Below are positions 1-14,200 of a stretch of DNA of 64,000 nt, one piece after another. The DNA comes from Tepidisphaera sp. (GTDB lineage: Bacteria; Planctomycetota; Phycisphaerae; Phycisphaerales; UBA1924), in assembly GCA_050916045.1 (NCBI GenBank), contig CP051526.1, positions 3,680,001 through 3,744,000 on the forward strand, read 5' to 3'. The notes beneath the pieces are model-generated. The model ran no database searches, was not told the DNA's origin, and was given only the letters and a program-made list of their open reading frames with translations. The translations under genes and the position numbers were made by a program. Numbering within the stretch: the stretch's first letter is position 1; the number at the start of each line of letters is the position of its first letter.

Positions 1-1429
1 TGCACTCGCCCGGACCGCGTCCGAAGCTTGGCACAAGCTCATCCGGACCCGCATAATCCTTCCACGCCCGCTCAAAGGCCCGGCGAGCATCATCAACCGA
101 AGCGATGACATCGTGACCCATCGCGACTTCCCACCAGGCGTACTCGTAACGACGGTCGAGACCGAACGATTGATCGACTTGCGTGCGGACGAACGTCACC
201 GAGCCGAGGCTGATCAGCGACAGAATGAACGCGACCCCGAAGCCCGCCGTCATGACCGCGCCCGCGCGCTGAAGACTCCAACGCCGCCCCCACGTGACGG
301 GAAGCGTCAACACCCCGACGCACACGATCGCCACCCCGCAAGCGACCGCGAGCATGACCGGTTTGTCGGCGCGATCCGCGACGGTCCGCCCAAGGATTGA
401 TCCGGGACCGAACGCGATGCGAAGGTCCCGACGCATCGCCTCCGGCGGGAAAGAGCCGACAAGCCGCGTGCCCCAGCTTGCACCGCTCGTCAGCGACCTG
501 ACACCTTCGTGCGCGATCGCAACCCGGTTATCGCCGCTCCACAGCCATTTGTCCGGATCCCGCTCGAGCGGGCCGCTCGCGACGGCTTTCATCCCCGGCA
601 CGCTCGCGGTGCCCGCGCCGTACACGAGAAGTTCGAGCTCAAGAGGCGTGCTCTCGCCTGCCGCTTGATTCCCGATCCCGGTCAATCTCATGGGATAGAC
701 CGGTTCGCTGGTGAGGAAGCGGAGCGAGAGTGGATGCGGCGTCGTGATCGACTCCGTGGCGGGACGCAGCTTGGACGCGACGAAGCACCACCCCTCGCTC
801 GCGTACTCATTGATGACGGCGGACTCCGCATCGGTCACACGCACGCCGAACTGCGCAAGCCAATCTCGCAAAGCCGCGCCGTCCGCGGAGGAGATCACGG
901 CGATGTCGTACGAACCGACTCGTTCGGACTTGAGGACGACAACCTTCTGGTCGAGGCCTCCGCGTAAGCCTCTCGCATGCCCCACGACGTCCAGAAGCGA
1001 GAAAAGCACGCAGACGAGGACGAGAAAGCAGACCGCCTTTCCCACTGGCGTGCCCGTTGCGGCAAGCACAAGATGCATGCCGCCGACCAAGCACAGACTC
1101 AGAACGACGAGAGCGGGATGAACAAGCGAGGGTGAGCGATCGATGCGCGGATTGAACTGGGCGCGAGCTGACTCGAGGACGCCGGTCTCGATCGCAGAAA
1201 CTTCGGGGATGCTCGGTGCGGGAACGACCCATGCGGCTTCGGACTGGCTTCGCGATTCAAAGCGGGTCTGGATGACGAGAGTCTGGACACCATCGACCCA
1301 GGTGAGAACCGCTGCTTGGGCCGGCATCGGCGCGGGCTCGGCGCTGCGGCGGAAGATCTTCCCATCGCCGGAGCAACTCGCCGCGGCAAGCGCGATGGAG
1401 AACAGGAATGCGAGAACGCTCGCGGGCAT
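1..1429 (-). CDS. DUF2330-like exported/membrane protein (3' end runs off the window)
   Basis: Not in the ORF track, consistent with no stop inside the window. Manual translation from ATG 1429 gives MPASVLAFLFSIALAAASCSGDGKIFRR...MPAQAAVLTWVDGVQTLVIQTRFE...AAWVVPAPSIPEV..., then two hydrophobic segments and VGSYDIAVISSADGAALRDWL, which resembles DUF2330. TAGACT lies 6 nt upstream of the ATG. Confidence 0.65.
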   Translation of the reverse strand, partial: MPASVLAFLFSIALAAASCSGDGKIFRRSAEPAPMPAQAAVLTWVDGVQTLVIQTRFESRSQSEAAWVVPAPSIPEVSAIETGVLESARAQFNPRIDRSPSLVHPALVVLSLCLVGGMHLVLAATGTPVGKAVCFLVLVCVLFSLLDVVGHARGLRGGLDQKVVVLKSERVGSYDIAVISSADGAALRDWLAQFGVRVTDAESAVINEYASEGWCFVASKLRPATESITTPHPLSLRFLTSEPVYPMRLTGIGNQAAGESTPLELELLVYGAGTASVPGMKAVASGPLERDPDKWLWSGDNRVAIAHEGVRSLTSGASWGTRLVGSFPPEAMRRDLRIAFGPGSILGRTVADRADKPVMLAVACGVAIVCVGVLTLPVTWGRRWSLQRAGAVMTAGFGVAFILSLISLGSVTFVRTQVDQSFGLDRRYEYAWWEVAMGHDVIASVDDARRAFERAWKDYAGPDELVPSFGRGPGEC

Positions 1430-1517
1430 GCTCGCAGTCTATACGCGGCAACCCAGAACCAGGTCCGTCGCGCGGGCGCAGTGGCCGGTTGAGGAGACGA
1501 CGAGAAGCGTGCAGGGG

Positions 1518-1557
1518 AAAAAAGAAAGAACCCCTCCAGGTTTACCTGAAGGGGTTC
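1518..1557 (-). terminator. Intrinsic terminator of the 23S-5S operon
   Basis: Hairpin GAACCCCT-C-CAGG/TTTA/CCTG-A-AGGGGTTC, followed on the minus strand by a T-rich tract, directly downstream of the 5S gene. Confidence 0.8.
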
Positions 1558-1560
1558 AAG

Positions 1561-1668
1561 AGTCGGCGATGACCTACTTTCCCGCGGTGCAGTATCATCG
1601 GCGTCGTTGGCTTAACTGCTGTGTTCGGGATGGGAACAGGTGTTGCCCAACGACTGTTGTCACCGACA
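1561..1668 (-). rRNA. rrf: 5S rRNA (about 108 nt)
   Basis: Reverse complement contains CCTGTTCCCATCCCGAACACAGCAGTTAAGCC and GGGAAAGTAGGTC, with terminal helix GTCGGTGA/TCGCCGAC. Ends are approximate. Confidence 0.95.
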
Positions 1669-1871
1669 AATCTCGCCGCCCGCTCTCACGAGCGGCGAGG
1701 GATTATCCGGAGTGGCGAAGATGAATTGGACGGCTGCGATCGGGTGATCGGAACCGAGAACCGGCGATGCCGGGATTTTGAACGTGAAACCAAACACGGT
1801 TTCAAGAGATCAACGAGTGACCGGGCATGTGGCAGGCTGAGCCTGACACGAAGCCACGGCGACTGGTTGGT

Positions 1872-4602
<2,731 letters not shown>

Positions 4603-4904
4603 CACCAACCGGTTGCCGAGACTTTCGCCCCGTCACCGATCGATCTGACTCCCTGCTCCAGAGCCTGGACTACAGGGAATACCGATCTCGCAGACTTCAA
4701 CCCCCCGGATTGCTCCGACAGGCTTGGGTCCTTGACACCGGCACCAACCATTCATCGATCTTCTATCGCCGTGTTTGCGCTTCTCATTCAAACACTCGGT
4801 TTCTTCTAACCTTCACGAGAACGTCCTGCAGCCCGCCTCTTGCCGACAAGCACCCATCACGGTGTCGCCGGCTGCGGGCCTGCATTCATCTTCACCTATC
4901 CGGA

Positions 4905-4914
4905 TGTCAAAGAA
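4905..4914 (-). promoter_or_regulatory. boxA-like rRNA antitermination element
   Basis: The minus strand reads TTCTTTGACA about 70 nt after the predicted start site, preceded by a GC-rich hairpin; it resembles the rrn boxA consensus. Confidence 0.6.
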
Positions 4915-4989
4915 GGCTGTCGCGTCGGCCTTTCGCCTTGGCGACTGTCCCTTCCCGTTCAGCGTTTCGGCCGATTGGGTTGGGAGGGA

Positions 4990-5017
4990 AGTCTAGTGAG
5001 CAGCCCGGCAGGGTCAA
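4990..5017 (-). promoter_or_regulatory. Sigma70-type promoter for the 23S-5S operon
   Basis: The minus strand reads TTGACC-N16-TAGACT. Confidence 0.75.
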
Positions 5018-5077
5018 GCCTCCGGGCAGAATGTTTTGCACAAACCTAGCCGTTACCGGCAGTTGCGCCTGAGCGAC

Positions 5078-7219
5078 TCAGCCGCCACCGCCGCCGCCGC
5101 CACCGCCACCCTTGCCACCAGGGCCTTCCGGCTGGTTCTCGGGCTCGCGATCCGGACGCCTGTTCTGCTTCGGTTCGATCTTCGGCTGGGCAGCCAACTC
5201 GCCCGCATCGGCCGAAGAGCGCACCCGGCGGTAAACCTCGCTCTTGCCGTCCGATTCCGGGGACTTGGCGACCACCTGGCCGTCCTGGCTCCGCAGAATG
5301 GCCAGGAGCTGACGCTCGAGGCCGGGAATCGGCTGGACGTCCAGCATCACGACCGAAGCCGTCTCGCGGAAGACGAGCTTGTCCTTTGCGGGGAGCCAGC
5401 CCGGACCCGGGGGTGCGTCCGGATTGGCCGGCTGACCCGGCTGGTTGTTGCCCGCCGGCTGCGGAGCGACGCCGCGGCCACCATCGCGTCCGCCGGGCTG
5501 AACCGGAGCCGGAACGTTGGGGTCGGCCGCCGGCACGGGGCCTTCTGGCGCAAGCCAGAGCTTGGGCAGCTTGGCTTCTCCGATAATCGGGTCGCCGGGC
5601 TCGAGGGAAGCTACCGCTTTGCGGTAGTACCCGTAGTAGTACTGGTACATCTCGGCCTGGGCGGTCGGGATGTTCTGCCGGAGCGAGTCGCGGTTGGTGC
5701 TGGTGATGAACCAGTACGCATCGCGGTCGACCGTCACTTCGGGCGTCCAGTCGGTCCAGGCGGAATGCGCCAGCGACTCGGAAGCCAGATCGAGCTGAGC
5801 CTTGTCGTTCTTCTTGAGGAGGATCTCCTTGCCGAAGATCGGGTTGTTCATCGCGACGCGGAGGCGATACCGGTAGGTCTTGCCCGGCTCGGCCGTGATG
5901 TCGTGGGCGTAGAGCTTGAAGTCGTCCCGATCGAGGAGCTTCTTCGTCGTGCCGGCGTCCGGGGTCGCCGGACCCTCGGCGGGAGCGCCCTCGGGAGCCA
6001 GGGGATCGGGCAGGACGCCGCCCATGTCGGCGACATCCTTCTTGATGCGCTCGATGTCGCTCTCAAGCTGGGTGATCTGGCGCGTGAGGCGGGCTCGCTT
6101 GGCCGCGGGCGTCTCTTCCTTCGGAGCTTCCGGCTGGGGGGTTGCGCCGCGGCCGGGCTCGGACGGTGCGCCCTTTCCGCCGCCACCACCGCCACCGCCG
6201 CCGGAGCGTGCGGGAGGGGGCGTGGTTTCCGGACGCCGCCTCTCGTCGGGCGGGAGCGTCGCAAGCTCGGCTTTGAGGGTCGCGAGTTGCTCGGACTTCT
6301 GCTTGAACTGCTGCGAAAGGGTGGCGAACTTGTTGGGGTCGAAGTTGGCCTCGGCCTGGGCCGCGAGAACGCTGGGCTCGATCCAGCTCCCGACGATCAT
6401 GTCGTAGAAGGGCGGGCGCTGGATCTCCTCTGAGCGGGTGCTGGCTTCGGCGACCAGAGCGGCGACCGCGCCGCCATCTTTGGCTTCGGAGTTCCACCGC
6501 TTGAGGAAGTCGATGCGGCCGGGGATGGCGGGAAGGATCGTCGCGGCGGACCAGGATCCGTCGGCTTTGAGTTCCTGACGTTCGACCTCGACACCGACGA
6601 TCTCAACCTTGTCGAACCACCAATCGGCGGGAAGAGCGGCGAGCGGGCCGGCGGCGTCGGGGTCGGCTTCGAGAGCGGCCTTGAGCGCCTTGCCGTTCAT
6701 CGTGGCTTCCACGCTGACGGCGGCTTTATCGAGGGGCTGTTCCTTGGGGAGGAAAGGGACAAGCGCGGGGATCTCGACGCGCTCACGCGGGTCGATCGTG
6801 CCGCGGAACTGGGCCGCGAAGAGGTTGGCGGGCGCCGGAGCGACAAACGCCGCGTAGGTTGCGTCTCCCGCCGCACCGCCGCCGCCGCCGGGGCCAAGAG
6901 CGAGCACCGAGCCCATGGAGGGGAGCGTGCCCGCCGTTGCCACGGGCTTGCCGAAGAGCTCAGGGAACTTCGTCAGCGGCGAGATGTCGACGGGCTCGGG
7001 GAGAGTCGGCGAGGCAGTCTCGGACTTGCGGAGGAGCTCGGAAGCGGCGCTCTCCACGGGCTTGTAGGCGTCGGCGATGCCGACCTGGTCCTTGCCGACG
7101 GTCACGGTGCTCTGCGAGAGGAACTGCCAACCCACAACGCCGAGGAGGCCGACGCCGACGGCGCCGACGACGAGCTTCTCGACGTGCTGTTCAAACGGGT
7201 TGATGCCTTTGAGTTTCAT
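5078..7219 (-). CDS. Membrane-anchored hypothetical protein of the pilM cluster (FN3-like motif, coiled coil, Gly-rich tail)
   Basis: 713-aa ORF with an N-terminal TM helix and a PGKTYRYRLRV motif; third gene of the co-directional pilM cluster. Confidence 0.75.
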   Translation of the reverse strand: MKLKGINPFEQHVEKLVVGAVGVGLLGVVGWQFLSQSTVTVGKDQVGIADAYKPVESAASELLRKSETASPTLPEPVDISPLTKFPELFGKPVATAGTLPSMGSVLALGPGGGGGAAGDATYAAFVAPAPANLFAAQFRGTIDPRERVEIPALVPFLPKEQPLDKAAVSVEATMNGKALKAALEADPDAAGPLAALPADWWFDKVEIVGVEVERQELKADGSWSAATILPAIPGRIDFLKRWNSEAKDGGAVAALVAEASTRSEEIQRPPFYDMIVGSWIEPSVLAAQAEANFDPNKFATLSQQFKQKSEQLATLKAELATLPPDERRRPETTPPPARSGGGGGGGGGKGAPSEPGRGATPQPEAPKEETPAAKRARLTRQITQLESDIERIKKDVADMGGVLPDPLAPEGAPAEGPATPDAGTTKKLLDRDDFKLYAHDITAEPGKTYRYRLRVAMNNPIFGKEILLKKNDKAQLDLASESLAHSAWTDWTPEVTVDRDAYWFITSTNRDSLRQNIPTAQAEMYQYYYGYYRKAVASLEPGDPIIGEAKLPKLWLAPEGPVPAADPNVPAPVQPGGRDGGRGVAPQPAGNNQPGQPANPDAPPGPGWLPAKDKLVFRETASVVMLDVQPIPGLERQLLAILRSQDGQVVAKSPESDGKSEVYRRVRSSADAGELAAQPKIEPKQNRRPDREPENQPEGPGGKGGGGGGGGGG

Positions 7220-7290
7220 GGAACGCTCCGTGAACGGGCGGGATGACCGCCGGAATACTGCTTGGTGATTCGAGAGCCTGTGGATCGAAC

Positions 7291-8805
7291 TTAACCGCCG
7301 CCCCTGCCGCCGCGGAGCTTGTCCGGGAGGACGGGTGCCGGCCCGCCGTCACGGCCGCCGTTGCCGAACGGATCGCCCATGGGCGTGTCTCCCGCGCCGC
7401 TGGCCATCTCGGCGTCGTCGGCCACTTCGCCTTCCTTGAGGGGCATGCCCAGACGCTTCCTGACGCCGGAGGGGAAAAGATCCTGCGTCCAACCGCGGAG
7501 CCAGAGGGTCTCGACCTTGATCGAAGCCCGCACGACGGCTTCGGGGCCGTAGTAGTAGCCGCGCTCAAGATCGCCCCGGACGTCGACCTCGTCGAGATCG
7601 ATGTCGGTGATCGTCATGAAGTTCGTGCGGGCGAAGGCGTTGAAGAGCTCCTTGATCCGCGAGGAACTGACGACCAGCACGAGTTCGGCCGTGCGGACGT
7701 CGTACATCGGATTGCCGGGCGAGCTCTTGCGGCCCGTCACGGAAATGAGCGGATCGGTGGGCACCAGGCCCGCGAGCTGCTCGATCGGCGTGGCCGGGGT
7801 CGCGACCGCTTCGGTGCCCAGATTCGGGTCGACTGCTGCGCCACTGCTGGAGGCAAAGGGCGAGCCAAGGGAGATTCGCTCGACCCGCTTGACGACGGAG
7901 GTGTTGATGTTGCCCAGGGTGCCGCCGCTGGTGGAGTTCGCGACGCGGATCGCCGAGAAGAGGTCCCGCATCATCCAGTAGTCCATCTGCCACTGGAAAG
8001 CACGGGAGACCGCCGGCGGACGATCCGGAATCGACTTGGGAATCAGCGAACCCGTCGCGTTCTGGTTGCCCTCGATCGGGAGCGCATCGGTCGTCGCGTA
8101 GACCGAGATCTGAGCGGCACGGTTGAGGTGGGAACGGCGGCGGAAGTCGAGAAGAGCCTTTGAAAGCTCGGCTTCCTCGGCTTCAGCGAGCTTGCGTTCC
8201 GCTCCGCCGGCGCCGAGCAGTCGCTGCACCTGCGTGGCTTTTTCGCTGTCGAGCTGCTTGGAAAGCTGCTGGGGATCAACAGGCTCACCGGCGTTGAGAA
8301 TCTCGCGGAGCATCTCCTCGTACACCGAGGGCTTGTTCCGGCTGGAGACCAGACGCTCGGCGAACCGGTTGGTGAGCTCGGTGACGGGAGCGTTGGCGGC
8401 GGGAGCGGGGAAAAGCCCGCCCACGAGCGGCTCGTGAAGCTTGCGGCCAACGGCGGCCGCCATCGGGCCCTTGCCGTGGTTGAAGTCGACAGCGGTCTGG
8501 ACGACGTCCTTCGCGGCTTTGTCGCTTTTGGCGCGTTCGGCGGCGAAGAACTTGTTGAGTTCGGCGTTGGCGGGCTCGCTGAGATCAACACCCGTGCCGC
8601 CGGGGGTGACCGGTGCCAGCGAGTACTTGAACTTGGCGCCCTGAACGTCGGTCATCCGCTTGGACGCCTGCTCGGCGCGCTGCTTGCGGATGCCGCCGCC
8701 CCACATCGACGCACCGAAGTACGCGGCGGGGACGGAGATGACGATGATCGCCGAGAAGACGACCACGAGCGTGTTGGCTTTCACCCAGGCGAGGACCTTT
8801 TTCAT
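7291..8805 (-). CDS. Pilus-associated membrane protein (PilO / Amuc_1100-like, tentative)
   Basis: 504 aa with an N-terminal TM helix; its start overlaps the pilM stop (ATGA). C-terminal FNAFARTNFMTITDIDL segment resembles a PilO-type ferredoxin-like fold. Confidence 0.6.
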   Translation of the reverse strand: MKKVLAWVKANTLVVVFSAIIVISVPAAYFGASMWGGGIRKQRAEQASKRMTDVQGAKFKYSLAPVTPGGTGVDLSEPANAELNKFFAAERAKSDKAAKDVVQTAVDFNHGKGPMAAAVGRKLHEPLVGGLFPAPAANAPVTELTNRFAERLVSSRNKPSVYEEMLREILNAGEPVDPQQLSKQLDSEKATQVQRLLGAGGAERKLAEAEEAELSKALLDFRRRSHLNRAAQISVYATTDALPIEGNQNATGSLIPKSIPDRPPAVSRAFQWQMDYWMMRDLFSAIRVANSTSGGTLGNINTSVVKRVERISLGSPFASSSGAAVDPNLGTEAVATPATPIEQLAGLVPTDPLISVTGRKSSPGNPMYDVRTAELVLVVSSSRIKELFNAFARTNFMTITDIDLDEVDVRGDLERGYYYGPEAVVRASIKVETLWLRGWTQDLFPSGVRKRLGMPLKEGEVADDAEMASGAGDTPMGDPFGNGGRDGGPAPVLPDKLRGGRGGG

Positions 8806-10832
8806 GTGCCCGGCTCCTGCTTCTTTTCGTTGGGATTGATCAGTTCAATCGTCCAGTCGACCTGCATGACGAACGTGGCTCCCGGAGCCCGGCGCTGCGG
8901 CGCGAGCTTGTCGATGGGCGCGAGGGCCAGGCCCTGACCGCCGCCCCCGCTGGGTCCATCACCGCCCGGGATGATCGGGGTGCCGCGTCCGGGGCCCTTG
9001 CCGCCGCCCGGCCGATCGGGCCGCGGAATCTCCGCCCCGCCATCCCCCTCCGGCTTCTTCTCTTCCGGGGTCGCGAGCGGGATCACGGTAAGTCGCTGCC
9101 AAGACGTTCCGCCCGGCGCGGGAACGATCCGGTACGGAACGCCCGGACGCTCCTTGTTGGCTTTCAGCCACGCGTCCACGGTGTTGATCATGAACTTGTT
9201 CGCGTCGGCTTCGCTCGCACGGCTGGTGGCGACGACGAGCGTCACCTCGATCTTGCCCAGGCCGCCGCCCGGCACCGCCGTGGGATCAGCCGGGGGGGCC
9301 GAAGGATCGGCGCCGCCCGGTCCGCGGTACTCCGTCACGAACTTCCGCACGACAAACCCCGCCGCGTCCATATCCACCGGATTGGCTTCATCCTGAGCCG
9401 GCCACGCCGACCCGTTCTCAAGCTTCCAGCCCCGCGCCTTCTCGTTCGCGTTCTGAACGATCTGGCCCAGGTCCTCGATCAGGAAAGCGTGGATCTGACG
9501 GTTTTCCAGGAGCGCCAGCATGTTTGCCGCGCGATAGTCGGGAGTCGCCGCCGTCTCCAAGCCAAGCGCCGCCGCCGCTTCCTTGTTCTCCGCGGCACGC
9601 GTCAGCGCCGTGCGGATCGAAGCCGGCTCCTGATTGCCCGCCGTCGCGAAGTAGTCCAGCGTCGGTCGGATGAACATCGAAGCACTCGCCACCACCGCGA
9701 GGCCCGCCGCGAGGCCGAACCACTTCACCTTTCCCTTCCACATCGTCTCGCGGATCACGCTCACCGGCATCAGATTCGCCGAGATCGCCGACTGGCCAAG
9801 GCCCTGTAGAGCCAAGCCGTACGCCGTCGCCATGCTCACCGACGCTTCGTTGAACTTCTTGGCCCGCTCCTCATCCTTCAGCGCATCGGTGCTCACCCGC
9901 TTGAACTGCTCCACGCGGTACACCTCAAGGCCGAGCTGCTGCTTGAGGAACTTGCGGATGCCCGGAAGCTGGAACGTCGAACCAACGCCGATCAGACGTT
10001 CAAGCTTCGCGTCCTTGTGCAGGTTGGTGTAGTACCCGATCGACCGCGAGATATCAGCCGCCAGATCCGTGAAGATCGGCCGCATCGCCTGGAAGACCTG
10101 ACGAGCGTGCTGGCTCTCCTCCGCTTTCTTCTTGATCTCTTCCGCTTTGGGATAGCTGACCTTGAAGGTGCTCACGATCGCGTCGGAGAAGCTGTGGCCG
10201 CCAATGGGGAACGTCCGGACCCACACCCGGCCGGCTTCGCAGATGATGAGGTCCGTCGACGTCGTGCCCACGTCCACGATGATCGTCCCCGGCGTCTTGT
10301 CCGTGAACTCCAGGTCGTACGCCAGAGCGTTGAAAGCCGCCAGCGGCGAAAGGGTGACGAAGTCAGGAGTGATCCCGACGTCCGCGAGCCCCTGAAGCCG
10401 CTCATTCACCTTCTCACGCTTGATCGCGAAGATACCCACCTCAATCTCGGGGGTATCAGGCGACTGGAACGTCTGATAATCCCACTCTACCTCTTCGAGG
10501 GGGAAGGGGACTTGCTGGATGGCTTCAAACTTCACGATGTCCGGAACCTTTTTGGGGTCGACCGGAGGAAGCTTGGCAAACCGAGCAAACGCCGAATGCC
10601 CAGGAACGCTGATCGCGATCGACGCCTTCGAAAGGTCGTACTGCCCGATCAGCTGGCCGAGGGAGACGCGAAGCACGTCGTTGACGTCGATGCCGGGGGT
10701 GGAAAGGACCTTGGGGTGCTCGATGTACGCGAAGTCCAGCAGGTTCACCCGCTGATTGTCCGCCTCCAACTTCACCGCCTTGATCGCACCGGCTCCGATC
10801 TCGATTCCCCAGCAGATATTGGAAGAAGGCAT
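8802..10832 (-). CDS. pilM: Type IV pilus assembly protein PilM with C-terminal TM and PilN-like extension
   Basis: Actin-like ATPase motifs WGIEIGAGAIKAV, VKFEAIQQVPFPLEEVEWDY, IIVDVGTTSTD, GGHSFSDAI; then the PilN-like ANLMP motif, a TM helix and a periplasmic domain. Confidence 0.9.
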   Translation of the reverse strand: MPSSNICWGIEIGAGAIKAVKLEADNQRVNLLDFAYIEHPKVLSTPGIDVNDVLRVSLGQLIGQYDLSKASIAISVPGHSAFARFAKLPPVDPKKVPDIVKFEAIQQVPFPLEEVEWDYQTFQSPDTPEIEVGIFAIKREKVNERLQGLADVGITPDFVTLSPLAAFNALAYDLEFTDKTPGTIIVDVGTTSTDLIICEAGRVWVRTFPIGGHSFSDAIVSTFKVSYPKAEEIKKKAEESQHARQVFQAMRPIFTDLAADISRSIGYYTNLHKDAKLERLIGVGSTFQLPGIRKFLKQQLGLEVYRVEQFKRVSTDALKDEERAKKFNEASVSMATAYGLALQGLGQSAISANLMPVSVIRETMWKGKVKWFGLAAGLAVVASASMFIRPTLDYFATAGNQEPASIRTALTRAAENKEAAAALGLETAATPDYRAANMLALLENRQIHAFLIEDLGQIVQNANEKARGWKLENGSAWPAQDEANPVDMDAAGFVVRKFVTEYRGPGGADPSAPPADPTAVPGGGLGKIEVTLVVATSRASEADANKFMINTVDAWLKANKERPGVPYRIVPAPGGTSWQRLTVIPLATPEEKKPEGDGGAEIPRPDRPGGGKGPGRGTPIIPGGDGPSGGGGQGLALAPIDKLAPQRRAPGATFVMQVDWTIELINPNEKKQEPGT

Positions 10833-11256
10833 GGTGGTTCCTCAAAAGCGGCCTGATCGCCGCCCGATTTCCGAGATTCGCAGACCATCAGACCGGCGCG
10901 ATCGCCGTGCTCTGAGCCCCCTTCCCGCCGCGCAGGGCCGGGATGCTACCCCAAATTCGTTCCCCAAGCAACGCGAGAGGTGCGATCAGGCTCCAAACAG
11001 GGACAGCAATTCTTCGTCAACCCTGCTCGATGCTCCGCTCCCGACACCTTCGACGGCGGACGCAACCGGCACCCGCCGCGGTTCCGTGCCGCTTGGCATC
11101 CATACGCCCGCGCCCACTTGAGTGTTCCCGCATCCGCTTCACATCCACCTGTACGACCCTCCCCGCAGAACTCTTCCAAGCCGCGCGGGGTAGATCCGCC
11201 GCCGAGCATGCGTAGAAATTGGGGGGCGGCCAGGTTCGCTCGCCCGGAGAACCTTC

Positions 11257-14200
11257 ATGAGCAACAACACCGGGCAACCCGGCGATTTCTGGGGCGTGGA
11301 CAAGCCCGCCGATCCGTCCAAACCGCTGACACCGGCCGACGCCGAGCAGCCGGCCGTCTGGACCAAGGCTCCCGAACCCAAACCCAGGCGCCGTCGCTGG
11401 GTCATCTGGACGGTGGGAAGCGGGGTCGCGCTGGGCGTTCTCGTCGCCGCCGCGCCGACCGTGGCCGGCTGGCTTGCTCCTTCCGTTGGGCCCGGATTCG
11501 TCCCCGTCAAGGGGAAGGTCACGATCGAGTCCGCTTCGTTCGGCTGGTTCTCCGGCCAGACCCTCGGCAAGACGATCATCGTCGATGACAAGGGCAAGGA
11601 GATCGCGTCGTTCCAAGCCACGACCGACGTCGGGCTCTTTGGTCTCATTTTCGGAAGCAGGGATCTCGGCAAGGTGCGGGTCACGGGCTCCGCCAACATC
11701 GTGCGAGCGGCGGACGGCTCCACCAACCTCCAGCGGGCGTTCAAGTCCGACAGTGTGCCCGGCAAAGCGCCGACGGCGGGCGAAACCAAGCCCCCCTCCC
11801 TTCCCCCGGGCCTGGCGATCAAGTTCGAGGGCGATTTCGATGTCGCCTACACCGACGAAGCCAACCCGAAACAGTCCGCCAAGCTCAGCGGCCTAAAGGT
11901 CACCGCCGAAATCGCGGCCGGTGAGCCCCTGAAAGCCACCGTTCGCGGGAAAGCCGAGCCGGCTTCGGGCCCCAGCGGCGACATCGCCGCCACGATCAAC
12001 CTTGAATCCTGGAGCGAAGCCAGCGGCAAGCTCCTGCTCGACACTGACAAGCCCAAGGGCGACGTCTCGGTCGACATCGGCAACTTCCCCACCTCGCTGC
12101 TCGCGGCTTTCGCCCCCGAAGGGATCGATCTCTCGGCCCTTGGCGAAACCGTCGCCGTCTCCATCAAGGGCAAAGGCGGCACCCAGCAAGCCGAGGGCGG
12201 CTTGACGTTCACGTCCGCCAACGCGAAAGCCAAAGCCGACGTCGCCACCCGCGACGGGAAGATCATGCTGACCGCTCCCGCCGAGGTGGTCGTCAACGGG
12301 CGGGCGCTCGCGGGTCTTGCGCCGCAAGCGGCGGCGCTGACGCGTCCGACCCCGGACGCGCCCACGACGCTCGCCGCGCTGCCGGACGTGACGATCAACG
12401 TCGCTTCGCTTTCAGCGCCGCTGCCCCGCGGCGGGGCGCTCGACCTCCGGGGCACCTCCGCGACGATCACCGCTTCCACCAGCGCGGTGAAGGGAACCGT
12501 GACCTCGTCCGGACAGAAGCCCGCCGCGTTCGAGGTCGCGGCGATGACCGCGAGCGTGTCCTCGGATGATCTGGCCAAGGGAGCATCGATCAAAGCAGTG
12601 ACGCGAGCGACGATCGATGGCAAGCCCGCGGGCGTCGTCGACATCGACTTCTCGACCGGGTCGGTGCTTGACGCTTCCGGCGCTCCGATCAAAACCATCC
12701 CCGCCGGGTTCGCGGGCAAAGCGATGGTCACGGGGATCGCGACGGCGATCCTTCAGCCGTTCCTCAAGAACCTTCCCATCGACCTCAACCGCGACATCGG
12801 GCCGACGCTGGACCTGCGTCTCACGGCCAAGCAGGGCTCGGGCGCTCAGAACGGACCCTTCCCGCCCGCCGACCTTGAGATCGGCATCGTCAGCGAGCAG
12901 ATGAAAGCCGCGGGGCAGTTCACGCTTGAGCCCGGGATGCTCCGGACCCGCGGCGAAGGTCTGACCGCAAGCTCGACGAGCGCCGCTCGCATGCTCGCCG
13001 CTTTCCTGCCGGCGAGCGTACCGGTGACGCTTGCTCCTGCCGGGCGTGCGCTCTTCTCGGTGAAGGATCTCTCGGTCCCGCTCCGAGCGAACAACACGCC
13101 CGAGTTGTCGAAGGCTTCGGGGAGCGTGGTGGTCAGCGCGACGAACTGGGCGGTTGCGCCCAAGGACGGATCGAGCCCGGTCGACGTGCGGGCCATCGAG
13201 ACAACGGCAACGCTCGCGCCGGGCAAGCCGCTCACGATCTCGTCTCGCGGCACGATGGTTGAACGCGGGAAGGAATTCACGCTCGCCGCCGACGCTTCGG
13301 TCCCGGGGCTTTTGACCGACGACCCGGCCAAGCCGGTGAACACCGGCGCACTGCTGAGCACGATCGCGAACCTTGAGATCAAGGGCTTGCCGACCTCGCT
13401 CGCCCGGTTCGCCCCGACGCCGGTGCCGGCGGTCCCCGACCCCAGCGGCAAGCTTGATGCTGCACCCGCCCCGCTCACGTCGGCCGATCTCGAATCGATC
13501 GCCCGCGATGCCATCGGCGACACGATGAACCTCTGGCTGACGACCTCGCAGGCCGCCGGAAAGGGCTTGACGCTCAGCGGTTCCGTCGCGGCCGAGCGTT
13601 TCGGCGCGAACCTCCAGGGGACCGTCCTGCCGGAGTCGGTCAAGCTCACCGAGGTTTCCGCTCGCAGCACGCTGACGCCCGAATCGCAGCGGGGCATCCT
13701 GACGCGGCTTGGCAAGAACCCGGCGGACCTGCCCGAGCTTGTCGCGCCGGCGACGCTGACGTTCGCGGTCGAGCCGATCACCATTCCGATGGTTGAAGGG
13801 AGCCTTTCTCCGAACCTGTCGGCGGTGCGCGGCGATCTCATCGCGACAATGACCGCGTCCGAGCAGGTGCTTGTCCGCATCGCGCCCAAGCCGGGCCAGC
13901 CCGCGCTGGGCACCGTCGGGATCAAGGGCCTCAAAGGCTCCGCGACGCTTCCGTTCCAGATCGCGATGGGCACGCCCGGGGGCCGCGGCCTCCTCAAAGC
14001 TTCGCTCACCGGCACGGCGATCCGCTCGCAGGCGGGGGGCGGGGCGAGCGGTCTCACCGATGTCGGAGCCATCGCGGCTTCGGCCGAGGGTGAGATCTCC
14101 GACCGCAAGCTTGCGGGCACGATGAACGTGTCCGCCGCCATCCGCAACCTCGCGACGGTCTTCCTCGACGACCTCGCGGGCAAACCCGGGTACGCCACGG

